From an uncultured Candidatus Saccharibacteria bacterium (GTDB taxonomy: Bacteria; Patescibacteriota; Minisyncoccia; UBA6257; 2-01-FULL-56-20), in assembly GCA_964360585.1 (NCBI GenBank), contig CAYHXC010000007.1, forward strand, positions 3,867 through 67,866: a stretch of DNA of 64,000 nt. Reading direction: 5' to 3'. The translations under genes were made by a program, and so were the position numbers. The notes beneath the pieces are model-generated. The model searched no databases. It was not told where the DNA came from and was given only the letters and a program-made list of their open reading frames with translations. Position 1 is the first letter of the stretch. Each line of letters starts with the position of its first letter. This document shows, one piece after another, positions 9,749 to 19,329 of the stretch.

Positions 9749-9822
9749 GGTACCTCTACAAGGGAGAAATCCACAGTTTTGAGGGAGAAAATTGGGTGTA
9801 TTTGTGATAAAATAGTAATGTA

Positions 9823-11679
9823 ATGAAGTCCTTCGAGCGCAACAAAGCCCCAAGGAAGTTTTTTGACGTTGTTTTGCATTCCAAAACAGAAACAAAACGT
9901 CAGCATTTTTTCAAAAGGTATGAGCATAGGGAGGTAATTAATCTTCGCCTGCCAGTCTATAAGCGCTATCCGGTTATTGCTGTTTTCCTCGTTGTTGCCA
10001 TTCTTGCCACGGGATATGGTACGCACCTTCTTTTTACTGAAGCGCACGTCGATGCCTTCTACCCCGAGAGCTGCTTAGGGACATGGCAAAATCCTCAACT
10101 GGCCCAAGGTGAACCAGATACATTCATAAGCACAACTTCCACGCTGAACGCTTCAAACTCCGCAATTCGCGATGATCAAGCACAAAATATTTTTTGTGGG
10201 AAGTTTTTATCCGATGATTTTAATGGTCAAGGCGAGATTACAGCTGTTGGCCTGACTCTTGTGTGGCGGGTTGGAGAAGAGAATCTTATAGATACGAAGG
10301 GGGAGTCAAACAGTACGCCTACTGGAGAGAGCGAAGTTTCGTCTACGCCAGCGGCTCTCCCTCTCGAACCCTCTCCCTCATCCTCTCCCAACCCCCCTTT
10401 CGAAATTGAAAGCAGTAGTCCACAATCATTTTTCCAGTTATTTCTTCCGTCATTGGCTCATGCGGAGACAGGAGAAGAAGTTCCTCCGCCGATTGTCTCG
10501 CCAGAAGTTGTAGTGGAGACAACTCCTTCGCCAGCACCTCACGAAAATGTTGTGGAAGAGAGTCCACCTTCTCTACCGACCCCAAAAGAAGAAGTCGTTC
10601 CACCGAGCGTCACGGTGGAAGATAAGACGCCCCAAGCTGTCCCACCTGAAACAGTAAATGACCCGAATGTAACGTCTTCCAGTGAGCCGGTTCCGATCGG
10701 GCCACCGATCATTGCCTCTCTCGAAAACTCATCGGATACAATTACTACCTCCGTCAGTTCATCTTCGGCTACGAGCTCGTCTTTCCCACTACCCGAACCC
10801 CCCCCTCCAGATGATCGTTTTTTGATTTTAAGTTATAGCATTGATGGCCAAAACTGGTTTGAACTAAAACGAATCGGAATGAACGACTGGAGAAATCTGA
10901 CTGTTGATCTGCCGGTCCGTTCTTGGGGCGATCTAAAAAACGTACAGATAAAAATTACCGGGACTCCTTCGACGCTCCAGGTCATTCCGCCAGTGTTTCT
11001 GGACGGGATTCTCGTAGAAGTAACTTCTCGGATGTTTCAACTGCCCGACTTTGGGACAAGTATATCGAGTAGTCAAATAGAATTTCTTCCCTTTGGAATT
11101 CAAGATCTTCCTCGGGACGAGCACGCCTCTTCATCACAAGACTATTTTTTGCAGTTTCGAGATGGAGAAGGAACTGTTCCTGAAGTCGAAACACTCTTTT
11201 TAGACTGGTGTGGCGCCTTGAGCAAAGAGGCCCTTTCGCGTGTAGCGCCGGAGTTTTGTGTGGGAGGAGGACGAGTACCTCTTTTTCTTGAAACCCAGGA
11301 AGATGGAAGCTTTGTGATGCGAACGAATCCGACCGAACCGTCATATGTTGCCTATACGATTTTTGAGGAAGGAAAAAAACTGAAGATGCGAGTAGCGGTT
11401 TCACAATCCGATTGGCAGGATCTCAATCAACCGTTTTTCATCAAGATGGTGCTTGATTACGACGAACGATTCTCCGCGTTGCAGTTAGGCGAGGATTTGA
11501 TTTTTGACGAGGGGAAAATTGTGATTGGGAAAAGTGAGGGAGGAACACTCATAGAGACATTGGCTAATGAGCCCCACCCTTCTCGTCCTGGTCGAGCAAT
11601 GAAATCTTTTATTTTTCAACTTGAGAAAAAAGAAACTGATCCGATTGGCGAGTTTACGATCGAACTATGGAAAGTATAA
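9823..11679 (+). CDS. large membrane-anchored hypothetical protein with Pro/Ser/Thr/Glu-rich linker
   Basis: 618-aa ORF, one TM near N-terminus, low-complexity middle. Confidence 0.7.
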   Translation: MKSFERNKAPRKFFDVVLHSKTETKRQHFFKRYEHREVINLRLPVYKRYPVIAVFLVVAILATGYGTHLLFTEAHVDAFYPESCLGTWQNPQLAQGEPDTFISTTSTLNASNSAIRDDQAQNIFCGKFLSDDFNGQGEITAVGLTLVWRVGEENLIDTKGESNSTPTGESEVSSTPAALPLEPSPSSSPNPPFEIESSSPQSFFQLFLPSLAHAETGEEVPPPIVSPEVVVETTPSPAPHENVVEESPPSLPTPKEEVVPPSVTVEDKTPQAVPPETVNDPNVTSSSEPVPIGPPIIASLENSSDTITTSVSSSSATSSSFPLPEPPPPDDRFLILSYSIDGQNWFELKRIGMNDWRNLTVDLPVRSWGDLKNVQIKITGTPSTLQVIPPVFLDGILVEVTSRMFQLPDFGTSISSSQIEFLPFGIQDLPRDEHASSSQDYFLQFRDGEGTVPEVETLFLDWCGALSKEALSRVAPEFCVGGGRVPLFLETQEDGSFVMRTNPTEPSYVAYTIFEEGKKLKMRVAVSQSDWQDLNQPFFIKMVLDYDERFSALQLGEDLIFDEGKIVIGKSEGGTLIETLANEPHPSRPGRAMKSFIFQLEKKETDPIGEFTIELWKV

Positions 11680-12314
11680 TTATTCCGGCTCGGAATGAAG
11701 CTTTAGGATTACCCCTCGTTCTTAAAAATTTGCGAACAACTTGGAATGGAGAAGTTATTGTTGTAGACAACGGCAGTACGGACGCCACGTATCGTGTGGC
11801 CAAGGGAGGAGGAGCGCGCGTCCTATTTCTTGAAACACCGGGGAAAGGGAGATCGATGCGTTTTGCGGCGAAGCAGGCCCGAGGGGATATTCTCGTATTT
11901 GTAGATGGAGATAACACCTATCCTGTTGATCTCGCTTCGCATCTGGTTTCTATCATCAGAGAGAATAGCTGTGATTGTGTTTTCGGTTCGCGTTTTCTAC
12001 CGGGCGCCGAGAGGGAGATGAGTCTCAAGCGCCAGGCGGGAAATTATCTCCTGAACCGGCTTAGCTTATGGAAGGTGCGTCATCAAAGAACTGACATTTT
12101 GAGTGGTTTTTTCGCTATCCGAAAAGATGTTTTTCAAGAGCTCGGATTAGTGAGTAATGGATTTGAGATTGAAGCCGAGATTTTCTTAAAGTTAGAAAAA
12201 ATGGGGAAATGTACTATGGAGATTCCCGTACCCTATCGAGGAAGAAGTAATTCACAGCTTCGTCCTTGGATCGATGGTCTCAAGATAACATATACGCTTA
12301 TTCGAGGGGTATGA
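11667..12314 (+). CDS. family 2 glycosyltransferase (DPM1-like)
   Basis: IIIPARNE, VVDNGSTD, GKG, FVDGD, GFEIEAE. Confidence 0.9.
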   Translation: MESIIIPARNEALGLPLVLKNLRTTWNGEVIVVDNGSTDATYRVAKGGGARVLFLETPGKGRSMRFAAKQARGDILVFVDGDNTYPVDLASHLVSIIRENSCDCVFGSRFLPGAEREMSLKRQAGNYLLNRLSLWKVRHQRTDILSGFFAIRKDVFQELGLVSNGFEIEAEIFLKLEKMGKCTMEIPVPYRGRSNSQLRPWIDGLKITYTLIRGV

Positions 12315-13159
12315 AAAAGCTGTTTTTCCGGTATCGTATTCTACACTGGGGAGAGAAGATCTCTTCATTGCGCCCGCTCGGCTACACACTCTTTGGATAT
12401 GTATTTGCTTCGCATTTTTCTCTTCTCGCCATGACCCTCAACCTACTTCTCGGAGCGGGAATTTTAACTGCTTCGTATTTCTTGAATGATTACTATGATT
12501 GGAAGCTGCAGCACGAACGGAATTTTGTTTCTCGAGAACCCCAGGTTCAGAAACATATGGTATGGTATTTTAGTTTTCCGCTCTTGATTTCACTCGCAGC
12601 AGGGACGATCTTGGTGAGTCAGAGTTATGTTTCTCTACCTTCCCTAGCGCCACTTCTTCTCGCCGCCGTCCTTTCGTTTCTCTACTCCTTTCCTCCCGTG
12701 AGATTGAAGGACAGAAAGGGTATCCATTTTTTTATTTTTCCAGTATGCGTTACACTTCTTTTCCTGGCATCAATTCTTATGTTTGGAAGTTTTTCGAAGA
12801 TTATTGTCGCTTTTTCTCTGATTATTTTTCTCTACCAGTGTTATCTGGAAAGTCTTCATCAAATTCAGGACATCTTTGAAATTCACGAGTCGAGAAAACT
12901 GGCCTCACCGAATCAGGCAAGAAGGATCGCGCAAATACTCTTGGGGGTATACATTGGGGTCGCTCTTATACTTTCAATCCTGATTAACCTGCCATTTTTT
13001 CTCATCTCCGCCCTCTTTGGTGGAGTTCGTCTTCTCCGACTTTTTCAGGTGCGCCTTGTTGCTATTGGGCGGGAACGACGCCACATTTTTTCCCTTCTCG
13101 TATCGGCCGAAGAGTATATTCTCTATAGTTTTTTATTACTTGTTGGGCTCATACAGTAA
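12311..13159 (+). CDS. UbiA-family prenyltransferase
   Basis: multi-pass; NDYYD Asp-rich motif, LYS.PP.RLK; ATGA overlap with GT2. Confidence 0.8.
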   Translation: MKKLFFRYRILHWGEKISSLRPLGYTLFGYVFASHFSLLAMTLNLLLGAGILTASYFLNDYYDWKLQHERNFVSREPQVQKHMVWYFSFPLLISLAAGTILVSQSYVSLPSLAPLLLAAVLSFLYSFPPVRLKDRKGIHFFIFPVCVTLLFLASILMFGSFSKIIVAFSLIIFLYQCYLESLHQIQDIFEIHESRKLASPNQARRIAQILLGVYIGVALILSILINLPFFLISALFGGVRLLRLFQVRLVAIGRERRHIFSLLVSAEEYILYSFLLLVGLIQ

Positions 13160-13162
13160 TCT

Positions 13163-14236
13163 ATGATTTCTCAAAAACTAAGGTATTTTATTCTAGTTTG
13201 CTTTCTTATCGGAGGACCGGCTCTGGTATGGTTTCTCGAAGAAGCGAGACCCTTTTCTCTTCGTGACGCACATTCCCGTATTCCTACTGCCATATCCCGC
13301 GGAGCGCAGTATCTTCGTACCCAGCAGTTTTCTTCAGGCACCTTCCATATGTTGGTATGCCCCAAAGGAGAAGGTGAAGACGCCTGTATACGAGACCCGG
13401 GCATTGTTTTTTTGGGATATATACTCAATTCACTCTCATTTCTGCCTAAGGAACAGGTCGGGGACATGACGGAAAAGGCGGCCCAGTTTCTTTTCCGGGA
13501 ACAGACGCGTCCTGGGGTGTGGCGTTTTGTTTTACATGATGCCGACCCGACAGTCTTGCCGGACCTTGATACGAACGCCCTTGTTTCCAGCGCTCTTCAA
13601 AATCTCGGGTACTCTTTGGATAATCAAGCGCTATTTCTCAATAACAGAAATGACCGGGGTGAGTTTCGGTTATGGGCAGAAGGATATGGATCTCGAGCGG
13701 ACTACACTCCTTTTGCTCGTGAAATTGATTGTGGTACGACCGCCAACGTGCTGTATTATTTAGGCGATACGAGAGAGACACGATCGGCCTGTGAACTTCT
13801 GGTCGACGATTTACTTCAGAAAAAAAGTTGTTCTTTGTATTATCGAGATCCCTTGGTTATTTATTACTTCGTGGCTCGCGCGTACCACGAGGGGAGTACC
13901 TGTCTTAAACCCACCATTTCTTATATTCAGGAGGCGATTCTCTCGGAACAAAAGGAAGATGGCAGTTTTGGAAATAGTCTGCAGACTGCCGTTTCGTTAA
14001 GCGCCCTCCTGGATACAGGTTACGACAACGAGCTTCGACTCCTGAAGGCAGTATCTGCCCTTCTCCGCCTTCAAAAAAACAATGGTTCATGGGAGCGGGG
14101 TACGATCTACTCCTATACGAGGGATTCAGGGAGTCCAGCGTTTCTGTCAAAGGATACGATATCTTTATCAGAAGATCTTTCTACGGCGTTTAGCCTTGAA
14201 GCGCTTGCAAAATTTGGACTATTTCTGAAACACTAA
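13163..14236 (+). CDS. prenyltransferase/squalene-cyclase repeat protein
   Basis: QW-type repeats (QFSSGTF, QTRPGVW, QKEDGSF, QKNNGSW) and PDLDTNA resembling DxDDTA. Confidence 0.7.
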   Translation: MISQKLRYFILVCFLIGGPALVWFLEEARPFSLRDAHSRIPTAISRGAQYLRTQQFSSGTFHMLVCPKGEGEDACIRDPGIVFLGYILNSLSFLPKEQVGDMTEKAAQFLFREQTRPGVWRFVLHDADPTVLPDLDTNALVSSALQNLGYSLDNQALFLNNRNDRGEFRLWAEGYGSRADYTPFAREIDCGTTANVLYYLGDTRETRSACELLVDDLLQKKSCSLYYRDPLVIYYFVARAYHEGSTCLKPTISYIQEAILSEQKEDGSFGNSLQTAVSLSALLDTGYDNELRLLKAVSALLRLQKNNGSWERGTIYSYTRDSGSPAFLSKDTISLSEDLSTAFSLEALAKFGLFLKH

Positions 14237-14387
14237 AACGTCTTTAGAATGACACGCTCATGCTTCTCTTTCTCTGTAGATAAGTATTTAAAAGAGTAGG
14301 GATGGACATGATACAATGGTAGTCGGAACAGCACTCATGCGCGATGAGGCGTTGTTGTGTTTGAAACAGATTCTTTTTTAAATTCCC

Positions 14388-17300
14388 GTGACTATCCACT
14401 TTTCTCCTTCAGTACGGAAACGTTTCAATAATCTTAGGTTGCTTGTTCGTAGTTCCTGGAGTGTTATACGGCATCCGTTAAGCGATTGGCCATTACGGAC
14501 AAACAACTCTTTTTTTGATCGACAGACCGTTGCCATCAGCACCTTCCTCTGGGGTGGTGTTTTTATTATCCTCAACTTTCTTTTTGCCCAACGAGTTTCT
14601 ATTTTTTGGTTCAATCACTGGCCGGTCAAGATTCTGTCGAGTGTCATCTACGGATTTCTTATCTGGTATGGCGGAGCGTTGTTTTTCTTTTTAGTCGCTA
14701 AGCTATTTCGAAAAGAAACGACTCTGGCGCGTCTCGAGATGTTAGTTTTCCCGCTCTGGCTCACCTGGGCCCTAATGCCTTTTTTCGATCTTCCCCATCT
14801 TCTTTTCAGTATTCCGATGGTTTATATCTGGGGCGCTGGGGCGCATCTCTCCTGGTTACTCGGATTTCCAATGCTGGCATTCCTTTCGTTTTCCTTGATG
14901 CGATATGAGTTTCACTTGTCCAAGAGAGAAATGGGGGTTGCCATGCTTCTGGCTGGAGCAGTTCCCGTGATTGGCCGTTTCGTCATTGAGAAGAGTCCGT
15001 TTTGGTTTGATGCGTTTGTTCTCAGTCTAACGGGAAAGGGGATGGGGTTCCACAGCGCTTCGTTACTAGCGGTTCTTGTAGCCCTCCCGCTTGCTTTCCT
15101 CTTGCGCCACCTAACCCAACCTGGGCGTTCGTGGACAACTCTTTTTTCGCCGATAATTTTTTTGGTTCTGGTGGTTCCACTTTTTGTGATTACGGCCCAA
15201 CAAACTTCCTGGACAATGTTTATTCCCGGAGGAAAAATATTTAATTTTTCTCGTCAGATTGAAGGAGATTTTGGCCCGGGGGAGTCTCGGTATCGGCATT
15301 CCTATGTTTGGACGGGAGGGGATTATGAAACTTCGACAATTACGCATGGGGGAGCTGGCATTGTCACGGCATATTACAGTGATTATTACGTTGATGTGGC
15401 GGACCTCGATTTTAACCCTACTTTAGCGGATATTCGCGAGATTAGAATTCTGGTTGATTTCACCGGGAACACCAACCTAGGATCAACAAACAAAATACAG
15501 GGTTGTTTTGCGGCAGACACCGCGAATGCCAGTGGAACTTTTTACTGCAGTGACTGGCAGAATAGTCAAAATAGCACCTCAACATTTACTTTCCGCATTC
15601 GCTCTGACAGTATTTTTACCTTCGCCACAAGTTCTGATGGCGCCGCTACTTCAACTGCCGCCTGGAACACGTTGATCAGCGCTCTGACCCAGGATGATAA
15701 TGATGTCGCGGTGCACGCGTACGTTACCGGATCAGATGACGGTAATAATTCTAATGATGGAAAAGTGGAATTTACCAATGTCAATGTTGAAGTTGAATAC
15801 AAGGACTATAACGAACTTATCACCGAGTACACGTACTCGACCAGTACCCAATCAACAACCTCAACAACCGCCATCCCCATACTGACCCTGCCGTCATCGT
15901 CTTTGCCGAACGGCACTTACTTTGTTACTTGGGGAATGCAGGCCAGCGCTGATGCTACTTCGCTCGCGATTCCGACGGTGAGTTTGCGTCAAGAGACGGG
16001 AACGATCATTGCCACTGAAAGCATGAACCTTAATACGGTCACTTCCACGGACCCAACGAAAGGAAGTTTTTTTGGAGGATTTTGGGCTGGAACGCTGGAT
16101 GGCGCCTCCTCTCTTTCTCTGTATGGGAACAGTCTTTTTGGAACTGTTGGCATATATTTCGGAACACGGTATATAAGCGCGACGCGTCTCGATACCCGCC
16201 TCACGGCCAATCAAGATTACTGGTCGAATAGCAATAACAGCACCGCCGACGTACTCACTGACGCGACAACGACATTTACCGTTGTTACCTCGACGACCGC
16301 GACCTTTCATACGGAAGCAACGGCACAACCCTTTCTCCTCTTTGCTTCTATGACCGTGAACCCCGATCAGACTGCTCGTTATTGCTCAGCTCAAGTAAAA
16401 GTGAGTTCAACGGCGAGCGTTGCCACATACGGTGTGGCCTATCGTAGGGGAGTATCGGGCAGTGATGTTTGGCCCTATACGTTCGCCACACAGCTCAATC
16501 TGGCCTCTGGATCCGTCACTGTTTCCCTGGAAGGGAAAACCAATGCGGCGGCGGCGGCCTGCGACTACGCCCAGCCTCGTATTTTTATTGTTCGCGCCAG
16601 TCTTTTCGACACTATCGGGAATAGTAGCGCAACCGCCGCAGTCACGATTAACACCTCCTCACTGACTACCCTGACGACCACCAGTTTTGTTCCCCAGGAA
16701 CAAGGTGACGCGCTCATCGTCGGCAACTCACTTTTTAGTCCAACCTCATCCCGAGCCATGGTTCTTACTACCAACGTGTCAGGCACATCGAATATTTTTT
16801 TGGACAATCTGGGTCTTTTAGGAACAGCCGTTACCAGTACCTGGCCGGTTACCACGGTTTATGTGTATCGTAATATCAGTTCAACGGTTAACTTTGCTTT
16901 GAGCGCGCACGGTGTTGGTACGGCGAGTACCACATTCGCCAGTAGCTCCTATCTGACCGTCTGGTCTCTGCAACCGCCCATCTCGTATACCCAGTCCGGT
17001 TACCGTTGGTATGCGAATAGCGATGCAACTTCAACCGGAGCCGCCCTGGCCGCCACCAATACCGCGGCATTTGCTCCCGTTCAAGGGACCCCTTTTCGAT
17101 TACGGTCTCTCCTCCACATTGGGAGTTCGACGCTCTCTTCCAGTTCACAGCCGTTTAAACTGCAGTATGCTGAAAAATCAGGGACGTGCGATACTGCATT
17201 TTCTGGAGAAACCTATGGCGACGTCGGGCGGACAAGCGGCGCTATCCGTTTTTATAACAACGCTTCAGTCAGTGATGGGGTAAGAATTGCCACCTCTTCG

Positions 17301-19205
17301 GGTGATCCGGTCCATGGCAGTGATACGGTCGTGGCCCAAAGTTATGAGGAAGCAAACTCGTTTGTGGCGGTCACGAGCACGGCAAGTAGTAGTGACGCCA
17401 TGTGGGATTTTTCGTTGGTTGATAACTCTGCGGTAGCCAGTACGACCTACTGTTTCCGAGCGGTCCAGATTGGCGATGTGGCTCTCGACGCCTACAGTGT
17501 TATTCCCGAGATTACCACGAAGGGAGCTGCTCCAGCTTTGGGGAGTGTGACCTTAAACAATGGTTCTGATATTTCACTCACGCCAGCTACCACAACTCGC
17601 ATTTACGCCTCATCGAGCGTCGTATCTGATGCTGACGGAGCGGGGGATATCCTCTACGCCACCTCAACGTTCTACCGCTCAGGGGTAACGGGCGGGCAGG
17701 ATTGCGTGGCTAATGATTTAAACTGTTATCAAACAGCGAGTTCGAGTTGTAGTTTTGCCGCCAGCACCTCCACGGTATCTTGCTATACGGATATCTGGTA
17801 CTTTGCGCAAGCTACCGATGCCTCGTCTAGTTTTAGCGCGGAAAGTTGGCAGGCGGCAATTTCCGTGACTGATAAACAAGCAGTTTCTACGAGAGTCAGC
17901 TCGACGGTCGGAACGGTACAGATTATCTCTCTTATAGCCATCGGATCAGCAACCTCATCCCTAAATTACGGAACTCAATTTGCGGGACAAAATACCGGCA
18001 GTACCAATCAGTTAGCTAACATTATCAACTACGGAAATACCTCCTCGACACTTAAGGTCTCTGGCACAAACTTAACCAGCGGAGGAAATACAATTGACGT
18101 GAGTAATCTACACTATGCTTCATCAGGATTTACGTATGGAGGAGTAGAACAATCTTTAAGTACGATTGCCACTACGCTCACCGGTGTCACCATTCTCCGC
18201 CCACCGATGTCGCCACTTTGGTCAACCAGTACACTTCCTTATGAAATCATCCAGCATAATCTTTCAGAATATAATAACTTTTTATATCAAACTGGCGGTT
18301 TGGACGTATCTTTAGCAAACACCTCAAATGTATCTTTTGCCCCATTGAGTCCCACCGGGACCATAGGCACGTGGGCCACCACCACGAATTTATCAGAAGG
18401 AAGACGTTTGCATGCCGGAGGCACCTACGGGGGGTACCTTTATGTGGCTGGCGGATTGCTGGACGGGAATGTTCTTACGAGTTCGGTCAAATTTGCCCAA
18501 ATCAACAGCACGGGGAGTATTGGGAGTTGGCTAACTGCTACCGCGCTTCCCACGAGTACCTATCAGGCCGGCAACGTTATTTCTAATGGCTATTTGTATC
18601 TGGTAGGGGGAAAAACTGGAGAAAGTGACGCCACCAGTACCGTTCGGTATGTTTCCATTAATAGTACCGGTAGTGTAAATACTTGGGACACTACGACGGC
18701 CCTACCAGGTCCTCTTGCAAGTCAGTACGGAGTAGTTGCTTATCAAGGATATATCTATCATGTCGGCGGCGTAAATAATAGCGGCAATACCTCTAGTGTG
18801 TTTTATGCGCCTTTGAACAGTAATGGCACGATCGGTTCTTGGAATTCCGGTACGTCACTCCCGGGCAGTTTTGCTTCTCCCGCGTTGGCTGCTTCCGGAG
18901 GATTTCTTTTTGTGGCAGTGGGAAGTATAACCTCCACCTTTGTCTACGCCCCGCTTTACTCAAACGGTTCTTTGGGTTCTTGGTCCCTCGGCACCTCTTT
19001 GCCATCGAGTACCGCGACGGTGCCGGCGCTTGCTTGGAACGGAAATGTATATATTACTGGTAATAACAATGTTATTCCTCAAAAGGATGTATTTTGGATT
19101 CCCACAAACAATCGGAATACCTACTGGGGACTGAATGTGCCAACCGGTAACGTCTCGGGAACGTATAGCGGTACCGTTACCTTTACGGCGGCCTATACTC
19201 CCTAG
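14388..19205 (+). CDS. very large Ser/Thr-rich surface protein with N-terminal multi-TM region and Kelch-like repeats
   Basis: 1605 aa; repeats of G(Y/F)LY..GG...S.V.(Y/F)A.(I/L)NS.G.IGSW...T.LP. Confidence 0.8.
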   Translation: MTIHFSPSVRKRFNNLRLLVRSSWSVIRHPLSDWPLRTNNSFFDRQTVAISTFLWGGVFIILNFLFAQRVSIFWFNHWPVKILSSVIYGFLIWYGGALFFFLVAKLFRKETTLARLEMLVFPLWLTWALMPFFDLPHLLFSIPMVYIWGAGAHLSWLLGFPMLAFLSFSLMRYEFHLSKREMGVAMLLAGAVPVIGRFVIEKSPFWFDAFVLSLTGKGMGFHSASLLAVLVALPLAFLLRHLTQPGRSWTTLFSPIIFLVLVVPLFVITAQQTSWTMFIPGGKIFNFSRQIEGDFGPGESRYRHSYVWTGGDYETSTITHGGAGIVTAYYSDYYVDVADLDFNPTLADIREIRILVDFTGNTNLGSTNKIQGCFAADTANASGTFYCSDWQNSQNSTSTFTFRIRSDSIFTFATSSDGAATSTAAWNTLISALTQDDNDVAVHAYVTGSDDGNNSNDGKVEFTNVNVEVEYKDYNELITEYTYSTSTQSTTSTTAIPILTLPSSSLPNGTYFVTWGMQASADATSLAIPTVSLRQETGTIIATESMNLNTVTSTDPTKGSFFGGFWAGTLDGASSLSLYGNSLFGTVGIYFGTRYISATRLDTRLTANQDYWSNSNNSTADVLTDATTTFTVVTSTTATFHTEATAQPFLLFASMTVNPDQTARYCSAQVKVSSTASVATYGVAYRRGVSGSDVWPYTFATQLNLASGSVTVSLEGKTNAAAAACDYAQPRIFIVRASLFDTIGNSSATAAVTINTSSLTTLTTTSFVPQEQGDALIVGNSLFSPTSSRAMVLTTNVSGTSNIFLDNLGLLGTAVTSTWPVTTVYVYRNISSTVNFALSAHGVGTASTTFASSSYLTVWSLQPPISYTQSGYRWYANSDATSTGAALAATNTAAFAPVQGTPFRLRSLLHIGSSTLSSSSQPFKLQYAEKSGTCDTAFSGETYGDVGRTSGAIRFYNNASVSDGVRIATSSGDPVHGSDTVVAQSYEEANSFVAVTSTASSSDAMWDFSLVDNSAVASTTYCFRAVQIGDVALDAYSVIPEITTKGAAPALGSVTLNNGSDISLTPATTTRIYASSSVVSDADGAGDILYATSTFYRSGVTGGQDCVANDLNCYQTASSSCSFAASTSTVSCYTDIWYFAQATDASSSFSAESWQAAISVTDKQAVSTRVSSTVGTVQIISLIAIGSATSSLNYGTQFAGQNTGSTNQLANIINYGNTSSTLKVSGTNLTSGGNTIDVSNLHYASSGFTYGGVEQSLSTIATTLTGVTILRPPMSPLWSTSTLPYEIIQHNLSEYNNFLYQTGGLDVSLANTSNVSFAPLSPTGTIGTWATTTNLSEGRRLHAGGTYGGYLYVAGGLLDGNVLTSSVKFAQINSTGSIGSWLTATALPTSTYQAGNVISNGYLYLVGGKTGESDATSTVRYVSINSTGSVNTWDTTTALPGPLASQYGVVAYQGYIYHVGGVNNSGNTSSVFYAPLNSNGTIGSWNSGTSLPGSFASPALAASGGFLFVAVGSITSTFVYAPLYSNGSLGSWSLGTSLPSSTATVPALAWNGNVYITGNNNVIPQKDVFWIPTNNRNTYWGLNVPTGNVSGTYSGTVTFTAAYTP

Positions 19206-19329
19206 CCCCATCTCTTAAAAAAGGGCGAGCAGATTGGGACTCTTTTTGTTTTTAGTCCGATACTCATCTGAGGAAGGGCGTGTGAATAATCCCCCTTGTT
19301 TTAGAACTTCCCTAGGGTATGATTAGCCC

